NCBI GenBank assembly: GCA_013239625.1
Contig: MU053561.1
Span: 684,826 to 748,825 of the forward strand
DNA: 64,000 nucleotides
Direction: 5' to 3'
Source of the DNA: Lama guanicoe
Taxonomy: Eukaryota
Shown: positions 36,963 through 50,247 of the stretch, piece by piece
How positions within the stretch are numbered: position 1 is the stretch's first letter
How the letters are laid out: each line of letters opens with the position of its first letter
The notes under the pieces: generated by a model
What the model was told of the DNA's origin: nothing
The model's database searches: none
Seen by the model: only the letters and a program-made list of their open reading frames with translations
Position numbers and translations under genes: made by a program

Positions 36963-37559
36963 CGTAAATTCAGACCAAGTCTTCAACTCCCAGAGGTTTT
37001 TCAATCTGAATAGAGGCATTTGAGAAACTTCCCCTCCTAAACCAGCTAGACCCTAAGAAATGCATTTCTAAAATTAAAATTTCAGTCACATGTGCAGATT
37101 AGGGGGAGGGGTGGAAATTTATGGAAAGAAGTCAACCTTTCTGGTATTTCTCATTATCCTGCCTGCTTAGGTGTTCAGACCAACGGAGTGGTAATCAGCA
37201 CGGAATTCTGAAGGCAGGTTACCGTTCCCCCACTTACTACCATGTGGCCGGAGCCAGCTTTTTAACTTCTCTAAACCTAGGTTTTCACATCTGTGAAATG
37301 GGGACAAGCACACCTATTATATAAGGTTGTTATGAAGAATAAATGAAAGAATCCAGGCTGTCACATGCAGTTAGAATTCTCTCAAAGGCAATATTGTATT
37401 ACTGTTAGTATGGTTATCACTGCTGTTCTTTTTATAACTCTTTAGATCAACCATGGGAGAGCTAGTGGATTCCTATCCTGAGTCCAAGCTTGAGGACCTC
37501 TCCTCTGTGAGCTGTAAGAGGTATGGATTTGGTGCCTGAGAACCTTTCCACTTTCAATG

Positions 37560-38730
37560 TCAACGCCATAATTTGCTACTGGTCTGTGATCCATCCCAAC
37601 TACTGTCCTTGCCAGGATGTCCACAACAATCCTCAAACCTGTCCAAACCTAACCCATGACCTTGCTCCCTGACCTGCCCTCCCATCCTGTTGGACCCCAG
37701 TCTAGGAATGGTCCCTCTGCCTACCATCTACTCAAGTGCCCAGGCTGACAACCTGGGAGTCATTCTAGTCTCCTCCCTCTTGTTCTCTGCCCATCACCAC
37801 TACCAAAAACCCAACTATCCAAGTAAACAAACAAACAAACCCATAAACAATTACTTACTGAGCTGCCTATTCTTCTAATTCTTAAATCAATCTTATGTGC
37901 ATCCCTTCTGCTGCTGCCCCCGATCAGGTTCTCACCTCTGGGCTACTCTAACAGGCTCTTACTGGTCTCTGTCACTAATTCTTAGTTCTCCTATCTCATG
38001 TACCATGTTACCACTAGGGAGACATGCTGCTGCCCTGCTCAAAACTCTCCAGTGGTTTTCTATCCTCCATCAGGCGATAGATGAGCTGGGCGTTCAACAC
38101 AGACACCTGTACAGGCAACACAAACTCACGGTACGGACCATTGAGAAAACAAGGTGCACTCAGCTGTTTGCACTGTGACCTGTCTAAGCAAGTGGCTTTT
38201 TAAAACTCTGTGCAAACCAAACTGAGTATCTCTTAGCTGCAAAGCCCTCAGGCCACCAGTCTGAACCACTCCTGGTGTATCATACAAACTTCTAATTTCT
38301 TTGGTATGTCCTGCAAGACTTTCCTGATGTGGGTCTTGTTACCTATCTAGCCTTGTCCCAACTTCTCTCTCCTGGTACTTTAAACATGAGTAATCTTGAA
38401 CTACTTGTAGTTCCATGAATAGGTCATGTGCTTTTGCACCTCGTGTTTTTGCTATTACCATGCCCACTAACAGAATGCCCTTCTTCTTGGGATCCTAGGC
38501 AAGTCTAGTTTATATCTGACAGTCCAGTTCAAAGGTTAGAGATGCACGTTCCCCCAGAAAACAGTTCTCCCTCTCCTACTCCTAATCCGCTAATCCAACA
38601 ATACCACAGTGCACTGAAATCACTTCTTTCATTTCATATTTACTCCCTCCACCAGTTTCATAAACTCCATAAAGTCAGGGGCTCTCAGTGTGGTGCCTCA
38701 CATAGAGTCTAGGGAGTATAAATGGAGGAA
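37560..38730 (+). mobile_element. L2 LINE fragments
   Basis: ccatctactcaagtgcccaggctgacaacctgggagtcattct...ccctgctcaaaactctccagtggttt...gtgcctcacatag. Confidence 0.7.
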
Positions 38731-39176
38731 TGGCATTAGCTAACATTTCAAGTGCTTCCCACATTCCAGGCACTGATCTCTGCACTTTACGTACATTATG
38801 CATTAATCCTTACATTGAATGTCCCTAAAATGAATGGGACCTATGTGAGTGTTAGATAAATGAAGGAATGGAAGTTCTGATAGATCTCTTACTACATGAT
38901 TTTGAGAAGTTCTAAAATCCTGGCAGGCTCAGTGTTTTCTCTGACTTTTTCCTTCAGAAATGTGCTGGGTACCTTGGATATCTAGGTTATATATTATCGA
39001 CTATTTAAAAAAATGCTGTATCTGAGAAAAAGAGAGAGTGGGGTTGAGAAAAATAATATTAAATATGGCAAAGAAAGTAATACATAGAATAAAGAAATTT
39101 AAAAATTCTCGCAGACATTACTACATGATTTGAAGAGCAATGTTCACATTTCATTTGCTACACTAAAAAAATGCTC

Positions 39177-39211
39177 CTGCAATTAAGCTACATGGCCACC
39201 AGATGTCGGTA
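39177..39211 (+). promoter_or_regulatory. CTCF motif (forward) with upstream U/M2-like half-site
   Basis: TGGCCACCAGATGTCGGTA at 39193-39211 preceded by CTGCAATT at 39177-39184. Confidence 0.55.
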
Positions 39212-40055
39212 AAGTAATAACGTGTCTCATCAAGATTTATTCACCTGAAAGTCCAGACTACCACATTAGGCTCAGTCCCCTACAGAGATTTATAATTATG
39301 AAGTTCCATTATTACACCGATGGAAAAAGTTGTTTAAACCAGTAATATTAAGGAAGCAAAATAAGAATCAAACACAGAATACTTTTCATGGAAAATATAA
39401 AAATACTGATATTCTAAATGGATTTCCTGATTATTGTCTAATAGCTAAAATTCCTAGTCCCAACTTCACTGTTACAGACATTTTAACAATTTCTGTCTGA
39501 GATTAGGAATATTACAGTTGGCTCACTCATCTACTCAAACTATTATCAATTCCTTCCTTTCCACTTGTCATCCTTGCCCTCTTCCCCCAACCTCCATCCT
39601 ACCTCTTGCTACATACAGTCACCTGTCACTCAGAGTTTGCTGTTGGACCTTCTACGTAGGACATAATACATTAATGCTTACTTTCATTGCAAATTTTCAT
39701 GCAATTCCTTGAGTTAGTCTCTTTTAAGTATCTCTAACCATTGTCTTCACATGAGGAAAATAAGCTAATCCAAGGTAAAGTTTTATAATTTCATTCCCTA
39801 ACTCTGATCGATCATATGAGGCTCCCTCTCTTTCTTCCTCAATCTCCATTATATTTTATTGACATCTTCAGGCTTTAATTTTTTTGAAGCTATATGGTGC
39901 TGAATTTTACTCATCAACCCTAGTTCAAGGATCGGCTTTGGAAAATTCCCTTGAAGCTAACAGTGAGGTAGTGGCCAAGCTTTGACCTCTGAGCCATACA
40001 GAACTGAATTTAAACCCTGGTTCCACTTTTCCTTTCTACTTTCACAAAAGGTAAG

Positions 40056-42225
40056 TGTATCCTTCAGAATAGGAAAGGTTATGCTGTAGAACAAGCGGCT
40101 CTAAAATCTCAGTGACTTGAACCAAAAGTGTATTTCTCACTCAGGCCGCACGTCCGCATCAGGTTGGCAGAAAACCTCTGTTCATTCTGGTCACTCAGGG
40201 ACCCAGGTTGATGCAGCCTCCTTCCTCTACATGGAGTAAGGTGTCTCCAAGTCATCCACAGTCACCTCGGTTGGCAAGGTGCTGAGTCAGAGGGTCTTGA
40301 ACTGTCATTCAAATTCCCTGGCTCACATCTCTTCTGGCCCCAATTCATTGGCCAGATCTAATTACACAGCCACGCCTAGCTTCAAGGGTGTGAGGAAGTA
40401 TGAGATTCCATGTTCTCCAAAGGAGAGGTGAGCTGAGTATTGGCCAATAGTAGAAATATCTGCAACAGTCTGTCTTCAGTCTCCAAATCTTTAGTGCTGT
40501 TTTCTTAATCCACACAGAACATACTCATCCCCTCCCCAAGGAGACAACGTAAATATCCTGAGTCAGGTATCAAATTCAAAGTCTAGGATCTCTGAATGAA
40601 GCATAGAAGTTCCTTCCTCATGGCATCTTACATTGTAATTTGTAGGTCAGGTATGGATGTGGCATCTTGTTATCTCGAGAGCTCCGAACTAAAAAGCCAA
40701 GCAATCTGTCCCCACTCCCTAACTCACTGTGATAGAACAGGGGCTTGATAACTACAGAGAACACTGTGGCTCAGAAGAATGGAAGGGTGGGAGACACACA
40801 GCAGACACTGGGTGCAAAAGCTCTGAGTCCTGCTGGGTTAACCTTTTGAGGCCCCTGCTTGGAGTGGAAGTGCACTTTGATTAATCTCTGATTCTTCAGG
40901 CTGACAGACCTCCCCCATCCACTTTGCTCTGTCACTGCTGTGTCTACCCTACAGGCTGCTGTTCCTGTTCTTTTATTCCTCTGATCACATCAAAAATAGG
41001 CGTTAGGGAATATGACTGCCTAGGGGACTGAGGACTTGTCCCAGTCTACTTCCCTCCCTAGATGATGAGAGGCCCAGGTCTTAACCATCACCATCTTTGC
41101 AGTCAAGACCCAGGATTCCTTGGTGCGTAACTCTCTCAGAAACTCACTAGCCTGAGACTCCCCACACAGTGGATTCCAGTTAGCTTCCCGTGCTACCAAC
41201 CACACCTTCAGTCCTTTCAGAAAGGTGGCTCGCGTATTTGCTACTTCTCTGCTTTCTTACCCCGATGTCTATCTCTAGACTTAATTCAAGTGTCATGTCT
41301 TTATTTTTTATTTATTGGGTACCCCACTCTTCATTAAATTTTTAAGACACTTTACTCCTTTCAGAGGTTTTAACAACTGTGTATAAACACTATACCCTCA
41401 ATTTGATCCTCCCCAGAAGGCTGAATTTTAATTAGCTTTTGTTGCTCACAGCCTTTCTCATTCTTTTTTTGTCTTTCTTATTCTTACCTTTTATAGTTAA
41501 GAACTGAGAAGCAGTTGACTTTGCAACCCCACTAGTCCCTGAGCTTTTTAATGTTCTCTGTTTTCTTTCATTCCTGCTTGCAAACAAGCAAATTCTTTAC
41601 TGAGTGCATCTTTCTTACAGCACCTTGCTACACATAGCCAACTGAAACCACTGCACACCACACTGTTCTGTTTTCCAACCTCTTCTCATTGATCTATGAA
41701 TTGATTACGTGCATGATATGCCTCTAAAATGACTGAAGGTGACAGTTTTATCAAATGCTTTCCCATTAAATAACATGGATTGTCAGCTTCCCAGCCTCCA
41801 ATATCAGTTTTCTTACCACCTACCACCTGGTCTATTAGCCAATGTCACGTATTTTTGGGGGGTCACATTGGAGTTTTTTTGGTTGCTGTCATTACATTAT
41901 CAACCCTTTTCTAGCTCTAATATCTGTATCAATCAGAATAGTCTAGGCTATGCTTTGGTAAACAACAACCCTAGAACTTCAGCAGTTTGAAACAACAAAG
42001 TTTGTGGTTACTCTCCTACGTTCAGTGCAGATTGGGGAGAAAACTCAGTTCCTTGTAAGCCCACAGAAAGCCGGCTGATAGAGGCTCTGTCACCACACCC
42101 CCAACATGGGAGGCTCTCTCACACCGGGTCATAAATGTTCCAGCCTAGAAGTAACTCTCATGACTTCCCCCAACAACTCACTGGACAGAGCTATGCACAC
42201 GCCAGATTACATTCAAAGGGTCACA
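40056..42225 (-). mobile_element. MaLR MLT1 provirus: LTR (40056-40467), internal region, LTR (41925-~42225, truncated)
   Basis: Two same-orientation LTR ends tgtatc..tcagaatag...agg(t/c)tatgct flank ~1.45 kb resembling MLT1-int (cccaaggagacaac...gaactaaaaagccaag...cacacagcagacactg). Confidence 0.75.
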
Positions 42226-42764
42226 CCCTTAATCCATTCAGTGGTTTTTGCTTTTTTACTTTCTTACCTCCACACACACAAAGCAGGGCATTGGGGATAG
42301 TCTCTGCCCGACTGCATGGCTTCTCTACACACTTCAGTTTATTTGCTTGTGAGAAAAGTAAGGTGATATGATCTCATTTGTGACTTAGAGAGATTCCTGC
42401 TGCCTCTAGTAAGGAGGAGGGAGTGGGGCACAATGGGGAGTGGAGCACAAGGATGGAGGTAAGGAGGCCAGCTAGCTAGCTGGTGTGGTCATCCAGATGA
42501 GGGAGGATAATATCCACAAATCTCTGGGTTTGAAGATTATGCAGATCAGTTAGGATCTATGGTGAATAAACAGGAAAAGCTCCAACTCATAAAACAATTC
42601 CAACCATGGGTCAGCAGAAGAAGCTTGTATTTTTTCAGCAATGGTAAGGATATCATACTCTGAATGATACTAAAGCCAAAAGTGAACCAACCAACCCAGG
42701 AAAAAAGCAGCTGATAACAAACACGTCTAAGACCAAAGAGTGAATATTTCAGAACGTGGAGGAG

Positions 42765-43426
42765 CAAAAGACTAAAAATTGACTTACCATATGACCCAGC
42801 AATCCCACTCTTTGGCATACATTCAGAGGAAACCCTAATTCAAAAAGACACCTGAACCCCAATGTTCATAGCAGCACTATTTACAATAGCCAAGACATGG
42901 AAACAACCTAAATGCCCATCAACAGATGACTAGATAAAAAAGTTGTGGTATATTTATATGATGGAATACTACTCAGCCATAAAAATGATGAAATAATGCC
43001 ATTCGCAGCAACATGGATGGCCCTGGAGAATGTCATTCTAAGTGAAGTAAGCCAGGAAAAGAAAAAAAATACCATACGGTATCACTCATATCTGGGATCT
43101 TAAAAAAAAGGCAAACGAACTTATATATAAAACAGAAACAAACTCACAGACATAGAATACAGACTTGTGGTTGCCAGCGGGGAGGGAGGTGGGAAGGGAT
43201 AAACTGGGGGTTTGAGATTTGCAGATACTGACTGATATATATATAAAATAGATGACCAAGTTTATACGTATATCACAGGGAAATACATTCAATATCTTGT
43301 AGTGGCTCATGGTTAGAATATGAAAATGAGTATATGTATATTCATGTATGACTGAAGCATTGTGCTGTACACCAGAAATTGACACAACATTGTAAACTGA
43401 CTACACCTCAATGAAAAAAAAAAAAA
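42765..43426 (+). mobile_element. 5'-truncated L1 (ORF2 C-terminus + 3'UTR + polyA)
   Basis: Translates as LPYDPAIPLFGI...PMFIAALFTIAKTWKQPKCPSTDD*IKKLWYIY with in-frame stops; TSD agaacgtggaggag (42751-42764) / agaatgtgcaggag (43427-43440). Confidence 0.95.
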
Positions 43427-44129
43427 AGAATGTGCAGGAGAACAGCCTATAGCAACTGAAGTCTTTGGTCAACCTCTCCATTCAGCCTTGCTAATTGAGC
43501 TCTCATTTAAGCCAGTTTGTAACCTCAGACCTCTGAACCTTGTAGCTACTCATGGCTGTGATTTTTATCCTAAATTTACAGGAACAGATGCTGGACATAT
43601 TTTTCTGTCTCTCTGTCCTTTTTACCCTGTGATTCTTCCATTTTCCCCTCAAGATGCCCTTTTAGGATTGAGGAAAACTCTGTGTGCTGGGTGAGGAAGA
43701 CTCTTCCATTTTCCTACCCAAATTCCTCTCTCAAGTTCCCTAGTTTCCTGTGAAAGAGTTATTGCCCTAGAAGCTTCAGACTTCATTATTAGGTTTGGTT
43801 TTGGTTAATGTCTGTTAATGATCTTGAGAGAGGTGATAACTGCATATTAATGACATTCACATAGGAGCCAAATTGAAAGCTGTTGCAAACTCCAGTGGTG
43901 ACAGCAATAAACTAGAATTCTGGAGAGAACTAACGGTCAGGGACAACACAATGTGGTGAAACCAACACATGTGACATTGAGACTTCAGGGGAAAGAAAGA
44001 ATGTCGAAAGCAGCAGGGAACAGAAGGCCTTGAGGATGAAATGGAAAAACAAATGCCAAGGTCGCAATGACTTGTCATTGAGAGAGGAGGTTGAGAGGGT
44101 CGTGGTAATTCCACGGACCTCCATCTCTG

Positions 44130-44636
44130 ACCTCCACCCTACAGTCCTCCCCCTTCAATCATGGTCACATGACCCAGGGCTAGCAAGGCAGTGTATCCTA
44201 GAATACAGTTCCTGGTTCTGGTGTAGATATGTAACTTCACTTACTCTAATAAGACTAATTTCTGGGACAATTTTTTTAACCAGAACTTATGTGAAAGTAA
44301 GCTTTCTCTCTACAAAGACTACGACTTATACAGGTAATATAAATCTGGAGCTGTCAGGGTACACTTAATGGGGAAGCCCTGGCTATGACTGAAACCATGT
44401 AGAAAAAAGAAAGACCAGCAGTAGAGAGGAGGAGGAGGAAGAGAAGAGGGGGAGAGAGAGAGGGAAAGAGAAAGAGAGAGAGATAGAAGGAGAGTATGAG
44501 CTTTCTGGAACCAGCCATACCTGAAGCTGTAAACCCTTGAATTGTTCAGTTATTTGTATTAACGAATTCCTTTTTGTACAGAAGCCAGTTTCAATTGCGT
44601 CCTTCATGTGAAAACAAAGGGGTACTAACCCAAGAT
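44130..44636 (+). mobile_element. MaLR (MLT1-type) LTR
   Basis: ggtcacatgaccca...ccagccatacctgaagct...ttcagttat...aagccagttt; boundaries approximate. Confidence 0.6.
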
Positions 44637-44914
44637 ATGTTTTTGAACATACTGCCTTTTCTTCCTCCATATCCTTTACTCTCTAGCCATAATGGATGAC
44701 TCCAATTTCCAGAGTATTTTGGAAAAGTGATTCTTCTGAGGGCTTGAACAAGCAGTTTCCTCCTTTTGAAATGAAATAACACTCATCCTACTAGGTTTAT
44801 TTGTTGAAACCCTCCCAACTTCATGGTCCAGTTCAGATCATCTCTTTTTGGACATCCCTCTTGAACACTCAGCGGAATGTATCTTTCCTCTCTTTGCTTT
44901 ACTATACAAATAGA

Positions 44915-46750
44915 CTAGAAGACTTTGAAAAAGAAGAACAAAGTTGGAGGATTAAAATGATTTGATTTAAAGATTTACTATAAAGCTTCAGTAATGGTAT
45001 CAGTCAGGGTTCTGTAGAGAAACAAAACCACTACGGGGACATACACATACACATGAGACAACCTTGACTGATACATGTATTTTAAGGAGTTGGCTCACAC
45101 TGACTGTGGGGGCTGCAAGTATGAAACGTATAGGGCAGGCTGGCAATTCGGGCAGGAGTTAATATTAAGTCTTGAGGCAGAATTTCAAGAAACCTTAGTT
45201 TTTGCTCTTCAGGGCTTTCAAATAATTGGATGAGAGCCATCCAAATTATTGAGAGTAATCTGCTTTACTTAAAATCAACTGTAGATGTTAACCACATCTA
45301 CAAAATACATTCACAAAAAAATCTTTTAAAAAAATACCTTCATAGCAACATCTAGATTAGGATTTGCTTATACAACTGAGTACTCTAGGCACATAAAACT
45401 AACCATCACAGTAATCAGTACAATGTAGTATTAACATGAAGGCAAACAAATCGATTGACGGAATGCAACAGACCCTGGAAACAGAAGTATACATATGGAC
45501 AACTGGTTTCAACAGAGGTACAATGGCAGACAGCAGTGAAAAATAGTCTTTTACACAGGAAACCAACTGGATATTGATAATGCAAAACATGAACCTTGAT
45601 CCACACCTCTCACTATGTAAAAAATTAACTCAAAATGGATCATGGACCTGAATGTAAATCCTAAAACTATAGAACCATAGGAGAAAGTCTTTTTTTTTTC
45701 TGGTTAGGAAAGATTGCTTAGATAAAGTACCAAAATAACAATCCATAAAAGAACAAACCGATAAATTAGACTTAATCAAAATTTTTAAGACTTAAGAGAA
45801 TGAAAAGCTAAGCCATAGACTGTAACTATTTGCAAAGCACATATCTGATAAATGACATGTCCAGTATTTAGAAAGAATTCTCAAAATTCAACAGTGAGAA
45901 AACAAACAACACAATTAAAAAATGGGCAAAAGGTATTAATGGATAATTTGCTAAAGAAGATATTTAGATGGCAAATAAGTACATGAAAAGACATTCAACA
46001 TTGTTAGTCCTTAAGGAAATGCAAAGTAAACCCACAATGAGATATTACTACATGCCTATCAGATTGAGGAAATAAAAAGACTGATCATACCTAGTGTTGG
46101 AAAGAGTGGGGAGGAACAGGAACACTCCTACACTGCTGGTGGGATATAATATGGTTCATCTTCTCTGGAGACCAATGTGGGAGTTTCAAAAAATGTTAAC
46201 CATATGCCTAACATTTACTGTAAACATTCTACTCTTATATTTTGAACCAGCAGAAATGAAGACATTTGTCTAAATAAAGAGTTGCACATGAATGTTCATA
46301 GGAGCTTTATTTGTAATAGCCCAACACTGCTGAAAACAACCCAAATACTCATCAGCAGGTGAACGGATAACCACGGAACAGAGAACTACTCAGAAAAAAA
46401 AAAAAGGAATGAATGATTGATATATGCTACAACATGAATGAATCTTACGCTGAATAGAAGCCAAATTAAAAGAAGAGTACCTCCTGTATGAGTCCCTTTA
46501 TATAAAATTCCTAACTAATACATTGTGACAGAAGGTAGATCAGCGGGGAAGGGTAGGCAGCAGTGAGAAGGAGCATTTACAACCAAGCCCAAGGAAACCT
46601 TTGGGGGCTGATGAATAAGTTCATTATCTTAATTATAGTGTTGATTTCATGGGCAGACACATATGTCAAAAGTCATCAAGTTGTACACCTTAAATATGTG
46701 CAGTTTATTGTGTGTCAATTATACCTCAATAAAGATGTTAAATAAAAAAA
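44915..46750 (+). mobile_element. Old L1M (L1MC/MB-like) ORF2 end and 3'UTR, split by MLT2
   Basis: aagaagaacaaagttggagga...aaaattaactcaaaatggatc...aaatgcaaagtaaacccacaatgagata...tgtcaattatacctcaataaag + A tail. Confidence 0.9.
44996..45410 (-). mobile_element. MLT2 (ERVL) solo LTR with perfect 5-bp TSD
   Basis: gtatcagtcagggttctgtagagaaac...ttggctcac...aaactaaccatcaca; GTAAT at 44991-44995 and 45411-45415. Confidence 0.9.
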
Positions 46751-46849
46751 GTCACTGGAGGCTAGTGACAGAGAATTTCAAACAAAGTAACTAAAGAACC
46801 CCTGGGGCTACAGTCGCATATTTTTCAGCCTGTGAGTTCTTTAGTGGAA

Positions 46850-47040
46850 TTTGCAACTCAGGTTCTGACTGTGCCACTTTTAACTCCTCCGAGTCCCATA
46901 TTTATCATTTGTGAGATGGGAGTAATGTTTTTCACTCTGTGATCTCCCTCAAGGGGGCCCTTGTGAGAACCAAAAGCGATTATGCACATGAAAGTGCTTT
47001 GCAAGTGACCAGCACACTAAGCGAATGTTAGCTATTGGTT
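46850..47040 (+). mobile_element. MIR SINE
   Basis: tcatttgtgagatgggagtaatg...ttgtgagaacc...gaaagtgcttt...aatgttagctatt. Confidence 0.7.
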
Positions 47041-49496
47041 CAGTTGTTACGTGGCATCTGCAGGCTATTCTTGCCCAATATATACGTTTCATGCCAGCTC
47101 AAATCCTAATCGCCCGTATATAAAGTGTAATTAATTGTACAAGTTACTCAAATAGCACTGAAACCAGTATTCAGGGCATGACACACCCTAAATACAGAAC
47201 AGACTTTGGAAAAAAATGTTTCAGCCTCAACTAGGATGGGGAAACAGACAGATGCCTTCACACATATGCCAAGCAAATGAGACCCACCCAAACAGGATGG
47301 AGTCCAGGGCAAGAGAACGCAGCCAGTACGCAGGCTTTTTGTGTTTCCTGCCAGAGACTGTTACAGGGAGCAGTGACCCCATAACACAACTGGCCCCGAT
47401 GTGCTGAGAGGCTCTCTGCATTTAAAGCCAAGCTTACATGGAAATGAACTGCTTTATTCTTAGTTCCTTACATTAATCAGCCAGCATAATGGGGCCACAA
47501 ATCACAGTCATTTAGTTAAAGTTGAAGGATGACCAAAATAGAAATAGGTAAATATTCTCAGTGTCACCCTCCTAGTCTCCCCCTTGGCATTGTGACTTAG
47601 CTGATCTGAAATCACAGCTGGTACTCTCCCCATGATTTGGATTCATCTGCAATTAGTGAAATTTTTTTCCTCAAACCCTCTCCAGACACCCTGAACTTGC
47701 CAGACCTACTGTTAGAGCCTGGCTTTCCACTGCTGAGCAAGGGAGGGTGAAATGCTGTGGGGCTGGTCCTATGCAGCCTGGGGAAGGCTGCAAAGGACGT
47801 CATACAAAAGCAGGGTTAGCGTTTCCTGAGTGAGCTGTGCCTGAAAGGGGCACCTGGGGAATAAAGCAGAAAGTCTGAGACATAACTGGGATGGGAGGAG
47901 AAAGGATGGTATGGTAGAGGTATGTGTGTGTGTAGAGGGACAAGGGCAGAAATTAGAGAAAAAAGTGGGAAGAAGGCAGAGAGTTATGTGGCCTCAAATG
48001 CTAGGTGGCCAGTAATAAGCTGAGGAACAGATGTAGGAGGCAACTTACCAACAAATGTCTCAGATGTTACATGGCCTTTTTTTGGTGGGACTCCATGGAC
48101 CTCACTTGCTGAGGCTAGTTTCCTAGGAGACAAAGTGCCTCCATCACCAAGGATCCCAAAGACCTCCCTGGCTGGGGATCTCCTGGTCTAGCACTGAGGC
48201 TGGGAGGCATGGGCAGGCAGCTGTGGAAAATAATGGGCATCTTTACAAGCTGTAGATGGAGAAATCATTGCAGCAATGACTGCATCGTGATGGAGTAGAA
48301 CTTGGCCCAAGATATTCCCTCTGGAGTTTGGAAATACGTTTCTCCATCTCCTGAAATACTAAGCCTGACTCAAGTGAGCAACCCTGAAAGCTACACACGC
48401 CTGAGCAGATTTTGCTCTCAGAAAGCCCTAAAGCCCAGTGAAGGGGCTCCTGGCAGGACTTGGCTTTTCCATAAGAAGAATGATGATTTGAGGAATGCTA
48501 GGAAGGCCCACTGCAAAACAAAACTGCTCTGTAGGTGCTTCAGAGCTTATTATTAAAGATTTATTTATTAGTGCTGTTAGCCATCTTTCTAAAATCTTCT
48601 GGGATATTTCTAAGAGGAATAAACCACCAAATCTGAGACCCTCAGTGTCCATTCACTATGTTTAGAGGGGTGACTGTAAGTCTGAATCACCAGAGCCCTG
48701 TGTCCAGCAGGAGAGGGAACTGCTATGGGGGACAAAGACAGGGAAAGTGGAACGGGCAGGGAAGTAGGCAAGAAAGCACCAAAGACCAAGCCCACTTAGG
48801 GTGCCTTTCTACTCAGGGTGTGGAGTTCACTGTCTGCCTTCATTAATTGAAAATTATACTTTGATAAATGTGATATCATTAAACTTCAGACAAAGGAGCA
48901 CACAGAAAAAGGATACTCATAACCAGATGGGAGGCACATTTCACGATCACTGTTAAGGGGACGTATTCCAGGCTTTGGCAGTGAGGAGTGCTTCCCTGGC
49001 AAAGGCACCAGCTACAGGGCTCTGAAAGGGCGGGTGAACCCCACCCAGCTCAGCCAAGCCAGGTGCACCTCTACTGTCTACAAACACCATTCCCCACATT
49101 TCCATGGTGCCTCTCACAAAGCCAGCCTGTCGGTCCCGGGATGTCGGTTCTGCCAAATGTCTGTGCACTGGTAGGGGACTGGCTGAGAAGCCCTGCCCTG
49201 AAGAAGTGCAATCTGAGACATAAAAAGCATGAAACCCTCCCAGATACTGAAGATTCCTTTTTATCCCATGCAGTGAGGAGGCCTTCTTTTGAGCCAAAGT
49301 GGCTTCTGCAAGTTCCATGCTGAACAAGTGAAAGGGAGCTTGTTCACCTGGGGTAGGCGCACCCGTGGGCCCATGTGACGGGTGGCTAAGTGGTATGGAG
49401 ACCACAGGATAATCATCTGCATCTCCCTACGGGGGCAACTGTACTCAGTAGGAAATAGTTGAAAACATTTTTCTGTGTGGAATATAATCAAAAGTC

Positions 49497-49707
49497 TGAG
49501 ATTTGCAAATGATAACCACGATATATAAAAATAGACAAAACCCCGAATTTCTTCTGTATAGCACTAGGAACTATATTCAATATCTTGTAATAATCTTTAA
49601 TGAAAAAGTATGAAAACGAATATATGTGTATATATGCATGACTGGGACTTTATGCTGTATGCCAGAAATTGACACATTGTAACTGACTATACTTCAATTA
49701 AAAAAAG
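49497..49707 (+). mobile_element. 5'-truncated L1 3' end
   Basis: gagatttgcaaatg...ctgtatagcactaggaactatattcaatatcttg...actgactatacttcaattaaaaaaa. Confidence 0.9.
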
Positions 49708-49986
49708 AGTGTATATGAGATTTCAAAAAAGTCATTTCAGGCTTTCTTCCTGCTGCTTCAGGTGGTACCTCTCAGACTCCCAACAGTCCACCCTCACAGA
49801 AGGACAGCCTAACCCTCGAGTCCACCATGGTTTTAGGAGGTTTCTCAGAAATCCTACGGGTTTATGCTAGCCATTTCTAAAATTAATTCTACTAGTAGAA
49901 CATAACCTTTAAGGCTTTGAATCTCAGTAACATGAAGGTAGTGACCTCCATGTCCAAACACCTTTGGTTAGTAATCAGCAATGTCT

Positions 49987-50247
49987 AGGGTGGGGAGGGA
50001 TAAACTGGGAGTTCAGGTTTTGCAGAGACTAACTACTATATATAAAGTAGAGAAACAACAAGATCCTACTGTGTATCACAAGGAACTACATTCAATATCT
50101 ATAGAAACTGATCATGAAAAAGAATATGAAAAGGAATATATTTATAGCTACAACTGAATCACTCTGCTATGCACCAGAAATTAACCCCCATTGTAAATTG
50201 ACTATACCTCAATAAAATAAATAACAAATTTTTAAAAAGTCAAAAAA
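49987..50247 (+). mobile_element. 5'-truncated L1 3' end with 14-bp TSD
   Basis: TSD aatcagcaatgtct (49973-49986) / aatcagccatgtct (50248-50261). Confidence 0.9.

Noticed and set aside
38889..39131. 14-bp direct repeat ttactacatgattt (38889-38902, 39118-39131) as TSD of an unknown insert
   Set aside because: The intervening DNA has no poly(A) tail, LTR ends or TIRs, and an AT-rich 14-mer match is plausible by chance.
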